This document shows positions 19,823 through 29,040 of a stretch of 64,000 nt of DNA, in pieces. The number at the start of each line of letters is the position of its first letter. Position 1 is the stretch's first letter. The notes beneath the pieces were generated by a model that saw only the letters and a program-made list of their open reading frames with translations, had not been told where the DNA came from and searched no databases. A program made the translations under genes and the position numbers. Source of the DNA: Bdellovibrionales bacterium (GTDB lineage Bacteria > Bdellovibrionota > Bdellovibrionia > Bdellovibrionales > UBA1609); NCBI GenBank assembly GCA_965203095.1, contig OZ241877.1, positions 992,001 to 1,056,000 on the forward strand. The letters run 5' to 3'.

Positions 19823-20628
19823 TAGGTTTTTTTAGGGCTAAAGGTGGGTTTTTTAACTTCTTTTGGCCATTGAAACACTTTTTCTATATCCGATTCTCTC
19901 AATCTTTTAAAAGTCCCTAAAGTTAATTTATTCATTTTGAGACGACCAATGGCTGTTCGCCTCAATCGGCGGACGGGAAAGCCTATTTTTTCAAACATTT
20001 CCCGGATCTGTCGCTTTTTCCCTTCACTGATAATGATTTTGACCCATACATTGGACACTGCTTTTTGGCCGACCTTTTGGATAAACAAGGCTTTTCGCTT
20101 TCCCGTCCCACCGGGAAGGCTGACCCCGCGGAGCAACCGTTTTAAATGGCTTGGCTGAGGGCAACCTTTAAGTTTAACAAGGTAAGTTTTTGGAATCTGA
20201 TTTCTGGGATGAAGAATTTTAGCAGAAAGGGAACCATCATTTGTTAAAAGCAAAAGCCCTTCTGAATCCCAATCCAGTCGGCCTATGGGGAATAAGCCTT
20301 TCTTATGTTTTTTAAAATAATCTAAGACTAAAGGTCGCCCTAATGGATCATAACGACTGCTTAAAACTTTTTGTGGTTTGTTGAATAGAAAACAGACAGA
20401 TTCTGGTTTTTTTGAGCTGAGTTGGTATTTTTTAATTCGAACCCGATCTTTTTTAGGATCGACAAAAAAAGCTCCCTGAGCCACTTTCTGGCTATTGACA
20501 AAAACCTCTCCTTTTTTAATGGCCTCATCGGCTTTTCGGCGGGATAGCCCCGCTCGTTGTGAGATAAACTTGTTTAATCGAACAGAAAGAGGATTTTTTG
20601 ATGATTTTGATAAAGCTTTACTCTTCAT
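19819..20628 (-). CDS. RsuA/RluB-family rRNA pseudouridine synthase
   Basis: S4 domain RLNKFIS..SRRKAD, GRLDWDSEGLLLLTNDG and EGKKRQIR. Start moved to MKSK, which overlaps the lspA stop. Confidence 0.93.
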   Translation of the reverse strand: MKSKALSKSSKNPLSVRLNKFISQRAGLSRRKADEAIKKGEVFVNSQKVAQGAFFVDPKKDRVRIKKYQLSSKKPESVCFLFNKPQKVLSSRYDPLGRPLVLDYFKKHKKGLFPIGRLDWDSEGLLLLTNDGSLSAKILHPRNQIPKTYLVKLKGCPQPSHLKRLLRGVSLPGGTGKRKALFIQKVGQKAVSNVWVKIIISEGKKRQIREMFEKIGFPVRRLRRTAIGRLKMNKLTLGTFKRLRESDIEKVFQWPKEVKKPTFSPKKTY

Positions 20629-21121
20629 TTTTGTTTTTAGATAGACGAATATCTTGAATATAAAAGAACAATAAAATAGAAATGCCAACCACAATAAAAG
20701 AATCCGCAATATTAAATGTGGGCCAGTGAAAAGCCTTAACATGCCAATCAATAAAATCCACAACATAGCCCAAACGGACCCGATCCAAAAAATTCCCAGC
20801 GGCACCACCGAGGATAAAAGACAAAGCCATCACTTGAAGTCGATTTTCCGTCTCCTTTAACATAGCAAAAATGAAAGCCACGCAGACAATAGGTAAAAGT
20901 AAAAACAACACAAAACGCACCCCATAAGGGCTGGAATTAAAAAGGCCAAAAGCCCCACCCGCATTAGTGATATAGGCAATGTTAAAAAAACCATTTATCA
21001 CCACATAAGGTTCTTCCAGTTGAATTTTAGAGCTGACAAAAATTTTTGTAGCCTGATCCAAGCAGAGCACAGCAGAGCTGAGGACAGCAGTGAATAAGTA
21101 TTTTAAAGAGGGATGAGACAT
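20618..21121 (-). CDS. lspA: Lipoprotein signal peptidase II
   Basis: LDQATK, NAGGAFG, GAAGNFLDR, VVDFI and TFNIAD. Confidence 0.97.
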   Translation of the reverse strand: MSHPSLKYLFTAVLSSAVLCLDQATKIFVSSKIQLEEPYVVINGFFNIAYITNAGGAFGLFNSSPYGVRFVLFLLLPIVCVAFIFAMLKETENRLQVMALSFILGGAAGNFLDRVRLGYVVDFIDWHVKAFHWPTFNIADSFIVVGISILLFFYIQDIRLSKNKNEE

Positions 21122-21351
21122 TTTATATGCTTATAGTTAAAGGGGAAGACATTATTCATTATTATATAATTTGTTGCCTTTGGTTTTTTGTAAGCTTTTA
21201 CCTTATGATAAAATCCACTCAATAAAAACATGAAACTCCTCGCCCGCCAATGCAAAAATCCCAACACAAAAATCATGAGGCAAGAGCATTCTTCAGTATT
21301 TTTAACAGACATAAATTATCCTGTCTATAATTATTTCTTCGTGAAAAAACT

Positions 21352-24120
21352 TTAATCTTCTTTTAAATTTTTATCACATTTCAGGCAGAGATTTTTAGAA
21401 TTTAGTTTTTTGCTTATAAACCAGCAACGAGGGCATTTGCTTCCCAAAGCGGGTTCTGCCTCTATTTGAAGTGCTTCCCCCTTCATAATCTGTATTTGAG
21501 AGATAGAGAAAAACTCCAACATTTCCTGCTCATTCAAAAACGGGCTTATAAAATCTTCTGTTAAAATGATTTTTGCCTGAGCTTGTAAATTGGAACCTAT
21601 TTTTCCCTGTCTTCTTAGTTCTTCTAACTGTTTATTTAACTGCTCTCTGAGAGGGAAAAGCCGGGCAAAAAAATTATTCAAGCCCTCATCCTGCCATTCA
21701 GCAGTTTCTGAGGGAAAATCTTTTAAAAACACACTCACTTCTGTTTTTTTAGGCAAATGGGAGTAAGCCTCTTCAGAGAGAAAACTGGTGACAGGTGCCA
21801 TAAGAGGCAAAAGTTTGTCTATAAGATGATATAAAACAGTTTGTGCTTTTTTCCTCTCTAAACCGTGTTTAGGGAAAGTGTAAAGGCGATCTTTTATAAT
21901 GTCTAAATAAAAAGCAGACAGTTGAACTGTAAAAAAACGATTCCATAACTGATAGACTTTGTGAAAGACAAACTGGTCAAAAGCTTTTGTGCTTTCTAAA
22001 ATCAAGTTGTTGAATTGCCCTAAAATCCAGCGATCTCCACAGTTTAATTTTTTAAAACTTAACAGTTCTTTTTCCGGATTAAAGTCGTTCAAATTACCCA
22101 ATATAAAACGAAAGGTATTGCGAAAACGGCGATAACTTTCCTTCACCCTTTGAAAGCTCTCTTCTCCAGCATTAATGTCAAGAGAAAAGTTTTCACTGGC
22201 AGTCCAGAGCCTTAAAATTTCTGCCCCATTTTTATCAATGATATTTTTGGGATCTAAGACATTCCCCCGGCTCTTGCTCATTTTTCGCCCTTGTTTGTCA
22301 TTAATAAATCCATGGGTGAGTAAACTTTTAAAAGGAGGCTCACCGTTTAAAGCTAAAGAGGAAAGAAGGCTGGTTTGAAACCAGCCTCTATGCTGGTCAC
22401 TTCCTTCTAAAAAAAGATCTGCTGGAAAGCTCAAGCCCAACTCTTTTTCTTTTTTTGAAAAAAAAGAGTGCTGAATCCCACTGTCAAACCAAACATCTAA
22501 AATATCTTCTCCTTTCTGAAAGTGCTCTCCCTTACAATCGGGACACTTTATGCCTTCTGGCAAAAGCTCTTTAGCTGATCTTGAAAAATAATACTCTATC
22601 CCCTCTCCTCCTTTTTCCATTTCATCAGCGATTTTTTCTATAACTGAAGGATCTAAGAGAGCTTTTTTACAGTTCACACAGTAAAAAACAACCAAAGGCA
22701 CGCCCCAAAGCCTCTGCCGGCTCAAGCACCAATCAGGACTGGTTTGAATCATGGCTTTAAGACGAGCTTTCCCCCAAGAAGGGATAAAATGAATGTCTTT
22801 TTCACAAGCTTTTAAGGCTTGAGATCGAATACCGGAAGAGCTTTTTTTACCCAAAGACAAAAACCACTGAGGGGTTAGACGATAAATCAAAGGAGAATCA
22901 GAGCGAGGGTTATAAGGGTAGCTATGGGAAATCTCCTTATGACTTAGGAGATGCTTTGATCTTTTCATCATATCAATAATTACTCGGTTGCCTTTAAAAA
23001 TAAAAAGCCCTCTTAAGCTTTCCGGAAGATCAGAGCTGAAATGCCCCCTCTCATCCACAGGGCAATAGGCTTTGAGCTGGTATTTTTCCCCCATGAGATG
23101 ATCTTCTATGCCATGGCCAGGAGCTGTGTGCACTAAGCCTGTTCCCATTGATAAATTGACATGTTCTCCTAAAACCCAAGGGGAAGTTCTATTCATAAAA
23201 GGATGAAGGCTGACAAGCCCCTGGAGCTGTTTTCCTTTAAAAGTTTTTTGTTTTTTTAAAGAGGGAAGGCCCACTTCTTTAAACACAGCTTCTGCCAGCG
23301 AACAGGCCAGAATATAAAACTCTTTTTCCCCCTTATAAAGGCCATACTCCAGATCAGAATGAAGACAGATGCCGGAATTGGCCGGCAGGGTCCAGGGAGT
23401 AGTGGTCCATATCAGCCCAGCTGTGGGTTGGGGAACAGATAGTTTTTTTTCCGACAGAGGGTCTAAATAAAATTTTACATAAATAGAGGGGCTTTTATGG
23501 GTTCTGTATTCTGCTTCAGAAAAGGCCAAAGCGGTTTTTAACTTAAAGCACCAGAATACGGGTTTCTCCCCACGATAAATATAACCTTTTCGCACCAAAC
23601 GGGCAAAAGCCCGGACCTCTTCGGCTTCATAGTCGTAAGACATGGTAAGACAGGGCTTTTCCCAATCGGCTAAAACGGCTAACCTTTGAAAACTTTGCCT
23701 TTGATTTTTCATCCAGAAAAGAGCTTCTCTCCGGCAAAGCTCTCTCAAGCTTTTTGCTGTTGGATAGGGCTTTGAAGTGGGGATTTTTTTAAGAGTTTTT
23801 AACTCAATAGGTAGACCGTGGCAATCCCATGAAGGGATAAAGGGGGCTTTAAAACCCTTAAGATTTTTGTATTTGATCACAATGTCTTTTAAAATTTTAT
23901 TAAGGGCATGGCCGATATGGATAGGCCCATTGGAATAAGGAGGGCCATCGGGAACAAAAAAAAGTGGGGAGCTTTTTCTTTTATTTAAGATTTTTTTATA
24001 AATTTGATTTTCATTCCATTTTTTGATGATTTTTGGTTCTGTTTCTGGCAAACGGGCCTTCATCGGAAAATTTGTTTTAGGGAGATGGAGAGTTTGGCTA
24101 TAGTGATCTGGCTTTTTCAT
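21352..24120 (-). CDS. ileS: Isoleucine--tRNA ligase (type 1)
   Basis: DGPPYSNGPIHIGH, WTTTPWTLPAN, DWCLSRQRLWG, EGSDQHRGWF, KMSKS and C-terminal CPRCW zinc finger. Confidence 0.98.
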   Translation of the reverse strand: MKKPDHYSQTLHLPKTNFPMKARLPETEPKIIKKWNENQIYKKILNKRKSSPLFFVPDGPPYSNGPIHIGHALNKILKDIVIKYKNLKGFKAPFIPSWDCHGLPIELKTLKKIPTSKPYPTAKSLRELCRREALFWMKNQRQSFQRLAVLADWEKPCLTMSYDYEAEEVRAFARLVRKGYIYRGEKPVFWCFKLKTALAFSEAEYRTHKSPSIYVKFYLDPLSEKKLSVPQPTAGLIWTTTPWTLPANSGICLHSDLEYGLYKGEKEFYILACSLAEAVFKEVGLPSLKKQKTFKGKQLQGLVSLHPFMNRTSPWVLGEHVNLSMGTGLVHTAPGHGIEDHLMGEKYQLKAYCPVDERGHFSSDLPESLRGLFIFKGNRVIIDMMKRSKHLLSHKEISHSYPYNPRSDSPLIYRLTPQWFLSLGKKSSSGIRSQALKACEKDIHFIPSWGKARLKAMIQTSPDWCLSRQRLWGVPLVVFYCVNCKKALLDPSVIEKIADEMEKGGEGIEYYFSRSAKELLPEGIKCPDCKGEHFQKGEDILDVWFDSGIQHSFFSKKEKELGLSFPADLFLEGSDQHRGWFQTSLLSSLALNGEPPFKSLLTHGFINDKQGRKMSKSRGNVLDPKNIIDKNGAEILRLWTASENFSLDINAGEESFQRVKESYRRFRNTFRFILGNLNDFNPEKELLSFKKLNCGDRWILGQFNNLILESTKAFDQFVFHKVYQLWNRFFTVQLSAFYLDIIKDRLYTFPKHGLERKKAQTVLYHLIDKLLPLMAPVTSFLSEEAYSHLPKKTEVSVFLKDFPSETAEWQDEGLNNFFARLFPLREQLNKQLEELRRQGKIGSNLQAQAKIILTEDFISPFLNEQEMLEFFSISQIQIMKGEALQIEAEPALGSKCPRCWFISKKLNSKNLCLKCDKNLKED

Positions 24121-24180
24121 TGAGGATTCAGTATATCAGAAAAAATCTTTAAATTGTCAAATAGGGATTTAAGTTTTTGT

Positions 24181-24467
24181 GCTCACAAGCGAAACCAGTT
24201 TGTTCGCGGGAACAAGTGCCTTGACCCCTCACCGTTGGTTTTTGCTTACAGAGCTTTTTCATAGACAATTCTTTAGTTTCTTTGCCCAAAAGCTACAGCA
24301 TTTCGGGACGGAAATACCTTGGACCCTCATGCTGTGGCTTTGGGCAAAAGAAGTTAAAAGGATAGTTTTAGTAGCCTTCCCATAAAAAGCTTGCTTTTAA
24401 TAGATTGCATAAGTGAAACCAACTTGTTTGCGGGAAAAGCACCTTGGCCTCTCACCGGTGGGTTTTT
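24181..24467 (+). repeat. Three degenerate hairpin-embedded repeats; candidate structured ncRNA
   Basis: Core CGGGA-(6-7 nt)-RCCTTG-(4-5 nt)-CTCA occurs at about 24207, 24304 and 24431. Each core sits inside an inverted repeat. Units 1 and 3 align over about 55 nt. Confidence 0.6.
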
Positions 24468-24486
24468 AAAGCCAAAGATTGAATTT

Positions 24487-25035
24487 TTAGTTAGAGGGTT
24501 TTAATTCAAAATTCTTTGTCTGCTGGTTATAAGTGACTATGTTTTTATGTCGGCGAAAAAACTTATCAAAAGTGGGAGCTATCAGATCCAGCTGGCCATC
24601 CCCATCATCATCCTCTATAAAAAGGGAGAACATCTGTTTTTTTTCTAAAGGATGGTAGTGATAAGCCTCTCTTTCTCCTTTCAGGAGGATTTTATTGATT
24701 CTCAAAAAAGAGTTATCCGGCTGAGGGCTTAAAAAATCCAGATGGATTTTGTTTCCACTCTGAACTTTAAGCACACGAACATCTATACCAAACTCAATCA
24801 AAGGCCCCTCCATCCTTTGAAGTTCTTTTAGAAAGGGAGGCTTATAGAGGAATGAAAGCCATGGGACTTTTTTTAAAGACGGAGTTTGAGTGATAAAAAT
24901 AAAATGAGAAGCAAAAGTTAGAATTAGCAAAAGGCCAATGAACATTGTTTTTTTGGAAAAGATGAGAGATCGCTTTTGCCTTAATAAGGCCATCCCGTTT
25001 TTCCATTTCAAAAAAAATTTTTGTTTTGTGCTCAT
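24487..25035 (-). CDS. Hypothetical membrane-anchored protein with FG-GAP/Ca-binding-like motif
   Basis: One transmembrane segment and DDDGDGQLDLIAP. Start moved to ATG 25035 (AGAGG RBS) because the TTG start overlaps the promoter. Confidence 0.65.
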   Translation of the reverse strand: MSTKQKFFLKWKNGMALLRQKRSLIFSKKTMFIGLLLILTFASHFIFITQTPSLKKVPWLSFLYKPPFLKELQRMEGPLIEFGIDVRVLKVQSGNKIHLDFLSPQPDNSFLRINKILLKGEREAYHYHPLEKKQMFSLFIEDDDGDGQLDLIAPTFDKFFRRHKNIVTYNQQTKNFELKPSN

Positions 25036-25088
25036 CTTAAACCTCTGCTTTTTTGCAAAAAAGAGACATAAAAGCCAATCAATAAATC

Positions 25089-25116
25089 TTATCGGCAAAA
25101 AAAGAAATTTTATTGA
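25089..25116 (-). promoter_or_regulatory. Putative sigma28 (FliA) promoter
   Basis: TCAA-N16-GCCGATAA; the -10 box is a perfect sigma28 match. Confidence 0.6.
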
Positions 25117-25318
25117 ATCTTTTTATAACAAAAACAAGAGCACAGGCTTTAGTCCAAGATATTTAATGAGCTGAGCAGAATAAATTAGAAAAAAAGACGA
25201 TTCTACAGTGAATTTAACATTGATTATTTGCCACAAAAGAATATTATACTATATAGTTGCAATATGGCATTTTCAGAAACACCAACAAAAACAATAAGCA
25301 TCAGGGAAACAAGCCAAG

Positions 25319-26368
25319 ATGAACGCAGATATTTTAGAAGATTTTGAGAGTTTGATGTTAATCTCAAAACAAAAAGGCCGGCACAAACGGATTAACGGAA
25401 AACAAGCTGTGTTGGGAAAGTTTTTTACTCAAAAAATGTCTTGGTTTGCTGAACCAGTGAGAGAGTTTTTTGAATTTTGTATTAAAAACAACAAACATGT
25501 TTTAGATCCTTTTGCCGGAAAAGGCGATATTTTAAAAAGTCTGTCTCAAAGATATAAAATTATTTGTAAAGGTTATGACCTGTTAGAGAAGAGATGGCCT
25601 GCTAACAACAGTCTTGTCCATATTCCTAACCCCCATTCCGCTCTTATTTGCACTAATCCTCCTTATTTGGCTAAACACAGTGCAAAACGAAAAAACTTGT
25701 TTGAGAAGGTTAAGAGATATTATGCTGAATACTATGATTTATACGAATTGGCCATTGCTCGTGCTATGGAAACCGCTCGATGGGCTATTTTCATTATTCC
25801 TGAAACCTTTTTACATTCCGCTTTTCCAAAAAGCCAATTAAAAACAGCATCTGTAATTACAGAAAATCCTTTCAATGATACAGAAAACCCGGTTTGTGTT
25901 GCTTGTTTTGATTCCACATTTCAGGATGGGGAAAATAAGGCTAAAATATATATTGGAAATCATTATGTTTGTCCCATGTCGGCTATTCGCAGAAAGAGAA
26001 AACGGACAAATTTTAGCAGGCCAATAGTATTCAATGATCCGTCCGGAAGCATTGCATTAAAGGCTGTTGATGGAATGGATCCCGATGACAAAATACGATT
26101 TGAGCGAGCAGAAAGCTTTTATTATGGAAGAGAAAAAATCAAACATTCCAGCAGATTGCTGACATATATAAGCATAAAAGACTTAAGCCAAAGAGAAACC
26201 GATAGGTTTTTAAAAATTCTCAACCAAAAATTAGAAAAAATAAGAGAAAAAACTGCTGATCTTCTTTTATCTCCATTTAAGGGAAACAACAAAACTGGCT
26301 GTCGCCGTCGCCGATTAGATTATGCTTTGGCTCGTCATTTAATAGAACAATCTTTAAATTGTAAGTAA
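25319..26368 (+). CDS. Amino (probably N6-adenine) DNA methyltransferase, gamma-type motif order
   Basis: GKFFT (motif X), VLDPFAGKG (motif I), ICTNPPY (motif IV), DLY and FIIPETFL. Confidence 0.85.
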   Translation: MNADILEDFESLMLISKQKGRHKRINGKQAVLGKFFTQKMSWFAEPVREFFEFCIKNNKHVLDPFAGKGDILKSLSQRYKIICKGYDLLEKRWPANNSLVHIPNPHSALICTNPPYLAKHSAKRKNLFEKVKRYYAEYYDLYELAIARAMETARWAIFIIPETFLHSAFPKSQLKTASVITENPFNDTENPVCVACFDSTFQDGENKAKIYIGNHYVCPMSAIRRKRKRTNFSRPIVFNDPSGSIALKAVDGMDPDDKIRFERAESFYYGREKIKHSSRLLTYISIKDLSQRETDRFLKILNQKLEKIREKTADLLLSPFKGNNKTGCRRRRLDYALARHLIEQSLNCK

Positions 26369-26372
26369 AAAA

Positions 26373-27366
26373 TTGATTATGTTGCCAGATCCAAATGATC
26401 TGTTCTTAGAATGTTTGCAAAATCCAGAACCTTTGATTGATAAGGCTTACTGTAATGATGAGTTGATCATTTCCAAAGGAGTCCATTGTTTGCCAACAGA
26501 AATTATGAAAGTTCATATACAAGTAATAGAAAGAATTTGCTCATTAAAAATAGCAAAAAAAGATCGCCTGTTTGATAATTACAAAAAACATATTCAAGCT
26601 TTAGATCAGCTTTTAATTGGAAACGAATATGCTCAATTTCTTGAGCTAACCTCTTTTTTCCCCTGCATTAGATGTGAGCTTCTCAGCATATAAAAAACTG
26701 AATTTACCTAACCGGCTTAAATTTTTAGAAATTATCGTTGAGCATTATTTGTCTTGTAGACATGATGCTTACATGTCGCACGGATATTCAGCAACCACAA
26801 TACAGGTGCGGAAAGATTTTGCAAAACATAAAAAACAAGGAGGGCTTGCAAACAAAAAAATTAAAAAGATTTGTGAAGAGTTAGGATATAAACCAGTCCC
26901 TCAAGGCAAAACAATAGGGGAGTTAGAAAGAATGTATTGTTTTATTGATCAAAAACAAGGAAAAAAATCATTACTTGGTTTAGAGAAAAAAGGAGAATCT
27001 TGGTATAGAAAATGGTCAAAAAACCATGAAGGCAAACAAGCGGACTTCTTATTTTCAGGAAATAAAGAAAAATATTTTATTTGTGAGGCAAAACACATTA
27101 AGGAAAGTGGAGGCGGACAAGATAAGCAAATAAACGAGCTGATAGCATTTATAAATAATAAAGATCATAAACAAAAGTTCAATAATATTTTTTATATAGC
27201 TTTTCTTGATGGCGTATACTTTAATAAATTCAAGGAGAAAAACCCTTCAATCAAAATTAAAACACAGAGCCAGCGAATCAAAAAATGTTTACAAAAAAAA
27301 GATAAAACCAATTTTTTTGTAAATACTTATGGATTAAAAAAACTTTTAGCCATAGCTATAAAGTAA
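26373..27366 (+). pseudogene. Putative type II restriction endonuclease split by a +1 frameshift (ORFs 26373..26693 and 26674..27366)
   Basis: Follows the methylase by 4 nt. The downstream part carries the PD-(D/E)XK-like ADFLF...ICEAK, GGGQDKQ and FLDG. The two frames overlap only in 26650..26693, which contains TTTTTTCCCC. Confidence 0.65.
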
Positions 27367-27371
27367 AAGGT

Positions 27372-28331
27372 TTAGAAGTGTAAATAATTCAATAAGGCTT
27401 TCATATCTGGGGGCCAAGGAGATTTAAAAATGATCTGTTTTTTAGAAACAGGATGAGGAAAGCTCAAGCTGTGGGCATGAAGAGCTATCCGTTGGAGTTT
27501 TTTCACCTGCTCTTTTAATCGGAGATCTTTAATAAAAGAGAGTTTTTGCCCGCCATAAGTTTTGTCTCCCACTACAGGGCAAGAAATAGAGTTGAGATGA
27601 AGCCTTATTTGATGAGTTCGACCTGTTTTTAGCCAACACTTCAGCCAAGAAAGGCCACTTTCATGTTGGCAAAACAGCTTGTAAAAGGTTAAAGCAAATT
27701 TGCCTTTGTCTTGATTTTGTTTTAAAGAGATAAACTTTTTTCTGTTTGAGGGATGGCGTGCGATCCTGCTTTTTATCTCTCCCTCAACAGGAGAAGGCCC
27801 TCGGAGGCAAAGTGCCCAATACTCCCTTTGGATATTTCTTTCTTTAAACTGTTGGATCATGAAATCTTGAGCTGATTTTGTTTTTGTTAAGACTAAAAGC
27901 CCGCTCACATCTTTATCTAAACGATGAACTATCCCTGGCCGAAGAGCCCTCGATCCGGGAGAGAGCTTTTTTTTATGGAATAAAATATTAACTAAAGTTT
28001 TCTCCTCATGTCCAGGGGCTGGATGAACCACTAACCCTGCGGGTTTATTAACCACTAAAAGCTCTTTGTCCTCAAAAAGAATTTTTAAAGGGAAATCCCA
28101 TGGTTTTAAATTTAATGTTTTTTTTGGTGGGAATGTGACTCTCAACTGATCTCCTGCTCGCAAACGATAAGAGGCTTTAAGAGGACGATTGTTTAAACAG
28201 ACTTGTTTTTCTAAAATGAGTTTTAAGGCTGATGATCGGCTATCAGTCCATTTTTTTAAGAAAACATCCAGCCTTAAACCTTCAAACTCTTTTTGAACAG
28301 GAATTTTTTTTGTTTGAGAAGACTTTGTCAA
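27372..28331 (-). CDS. rluD: RluA/RluD-family pseudouridine synthase
   Basis: S4 domain RLDVFL, VNKPAGLVVHP, RPGIVHRLDKDVSG, TGRTHQIR and LHA. Confidence 0.9.
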   Translation of the reverse strand: MTKSSQTKKIPVQKEFEGLRLDVFLKKWTDSRSSALKLILEKQVCLNNRPLKASYRLRAGDQLRVTFPPKKTLNLKPWDFPLKILFEDKELLVVNKPAGLVVHPAPGHEEKTLVNILFHKKKLSPGSRALRPGIVHRLDKDVSGLLVLTKTKSAQDFMIQQFKERNIQREYWALCLRGPSPVEGEIKSRIARHPSNRKKFISLKQNQDKGKFALTFYKLFCQHESGLSWLKCWLKTGRTHQIRLHLNSISCPVVGDKTYGGQKLSFIKDLRLKEQVKKLQRIALHAHSLSFPHPVSKKQIIFKSPWPPDMKALLNYLHF

Positions 28332-28344
28332 AGGTTATTCCAGT

Positions 28345-29040
28345 TTATGTTAGATCCACAGGAGATCTGAGGTAAAAGGCTTGAAGTTGAGACCAGCTTT
28401 TTGCTTGCCTCATGTTTTTTTGTCGGAAAATGATCTGACTCAAATGGAGAGCGGAAGGATAGAGGTTTTTAAATAAAAAAGCTTTAGTTAAGTTTTGAGG
28501 TAAAGGGAAGAAGTCCTTTAAATCAGAAATACAAAACCTCTTTTTTTCTCCCTTTTGTGGAGCTAAGCCTTCCATCTGCTGGAGCCAATCGGGAAAAGGG
28601 AGAAGATGAGCCCGCCCATCTTGATCTTGAAGAGAATTGAATTTTGCAAAATAAACATGGCCCTTAAAGCCATTAAAAGCCACTAAAACAGGCTGAGTTT
28701 GAAGCAAAAGGGCTTCGGCACAAACTCTAAGGGAATTGACAGGGTAGATAGGTAATTTTAAACAAAAGGCCATCGATCGGATAGCCTGAACCCCTGCCCG
28801 GACCCCGGTCCAGCGTCCTGGCCCTATTCCCACAGATAAAAAGCTCAAATCAGAAAATTTTATCCCTCCTTTTTTTAAAGCTTGATCCATTGAGAGAGGA
28901 AGTTTGTCGCTATGAGAGCTTTTAGAGCCTTTTTTGTGCATCCATTTTTTAAAAAAAAGACAGTCTAACTTATCAGATATTTTTGATAGAGCTAAAGAGC
29001 CTTGAGCAGAAGAGCATTCCACAGAGAGGAAATAAGACAT
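28345..29040 (-). CDS. tsaB: tRNA t6A biosynthesis protein TsaB
   Basis: LSVECS, HSDKL, VGIGPGRWTGVRAG and C-terminal FYLR. Confidence 0.88.
   Translation of the reverse strand: MSYFLSVECSSAQGSLALSKISDKLDCLFFKKWMHKKGSKSSHSDKLPLSMDQALKKGGIKFSDLSFLSVGIGPGRWTGVRAGVQAIRSMAFCLKLPIYPVNSLRVCAEALLLQTQPVLVAFNGFKGHVYFAKFNSLQDQDGRAHLLPFPDWLQQMEGLAPQKGEKKRFCISDLKDFFPLPQNLTKAFLFKNLYPSALHLSQIIFRQKNMRQAKSWSQLQAFYLRSPVDLT

Noticed and set aside
24179..24385. 68-aa ORF over the hairpin region
   Set aside because: GTG start without an RBS and no recognisable motif; the region is better explained as structured repeats.
24121..24480. T-box riboswitch upstream of ileS
   Set aside because: No TGGNACC T-box on the minus strand; ileS has a promoter next to its start; G-U pairing favours the opposite strand.
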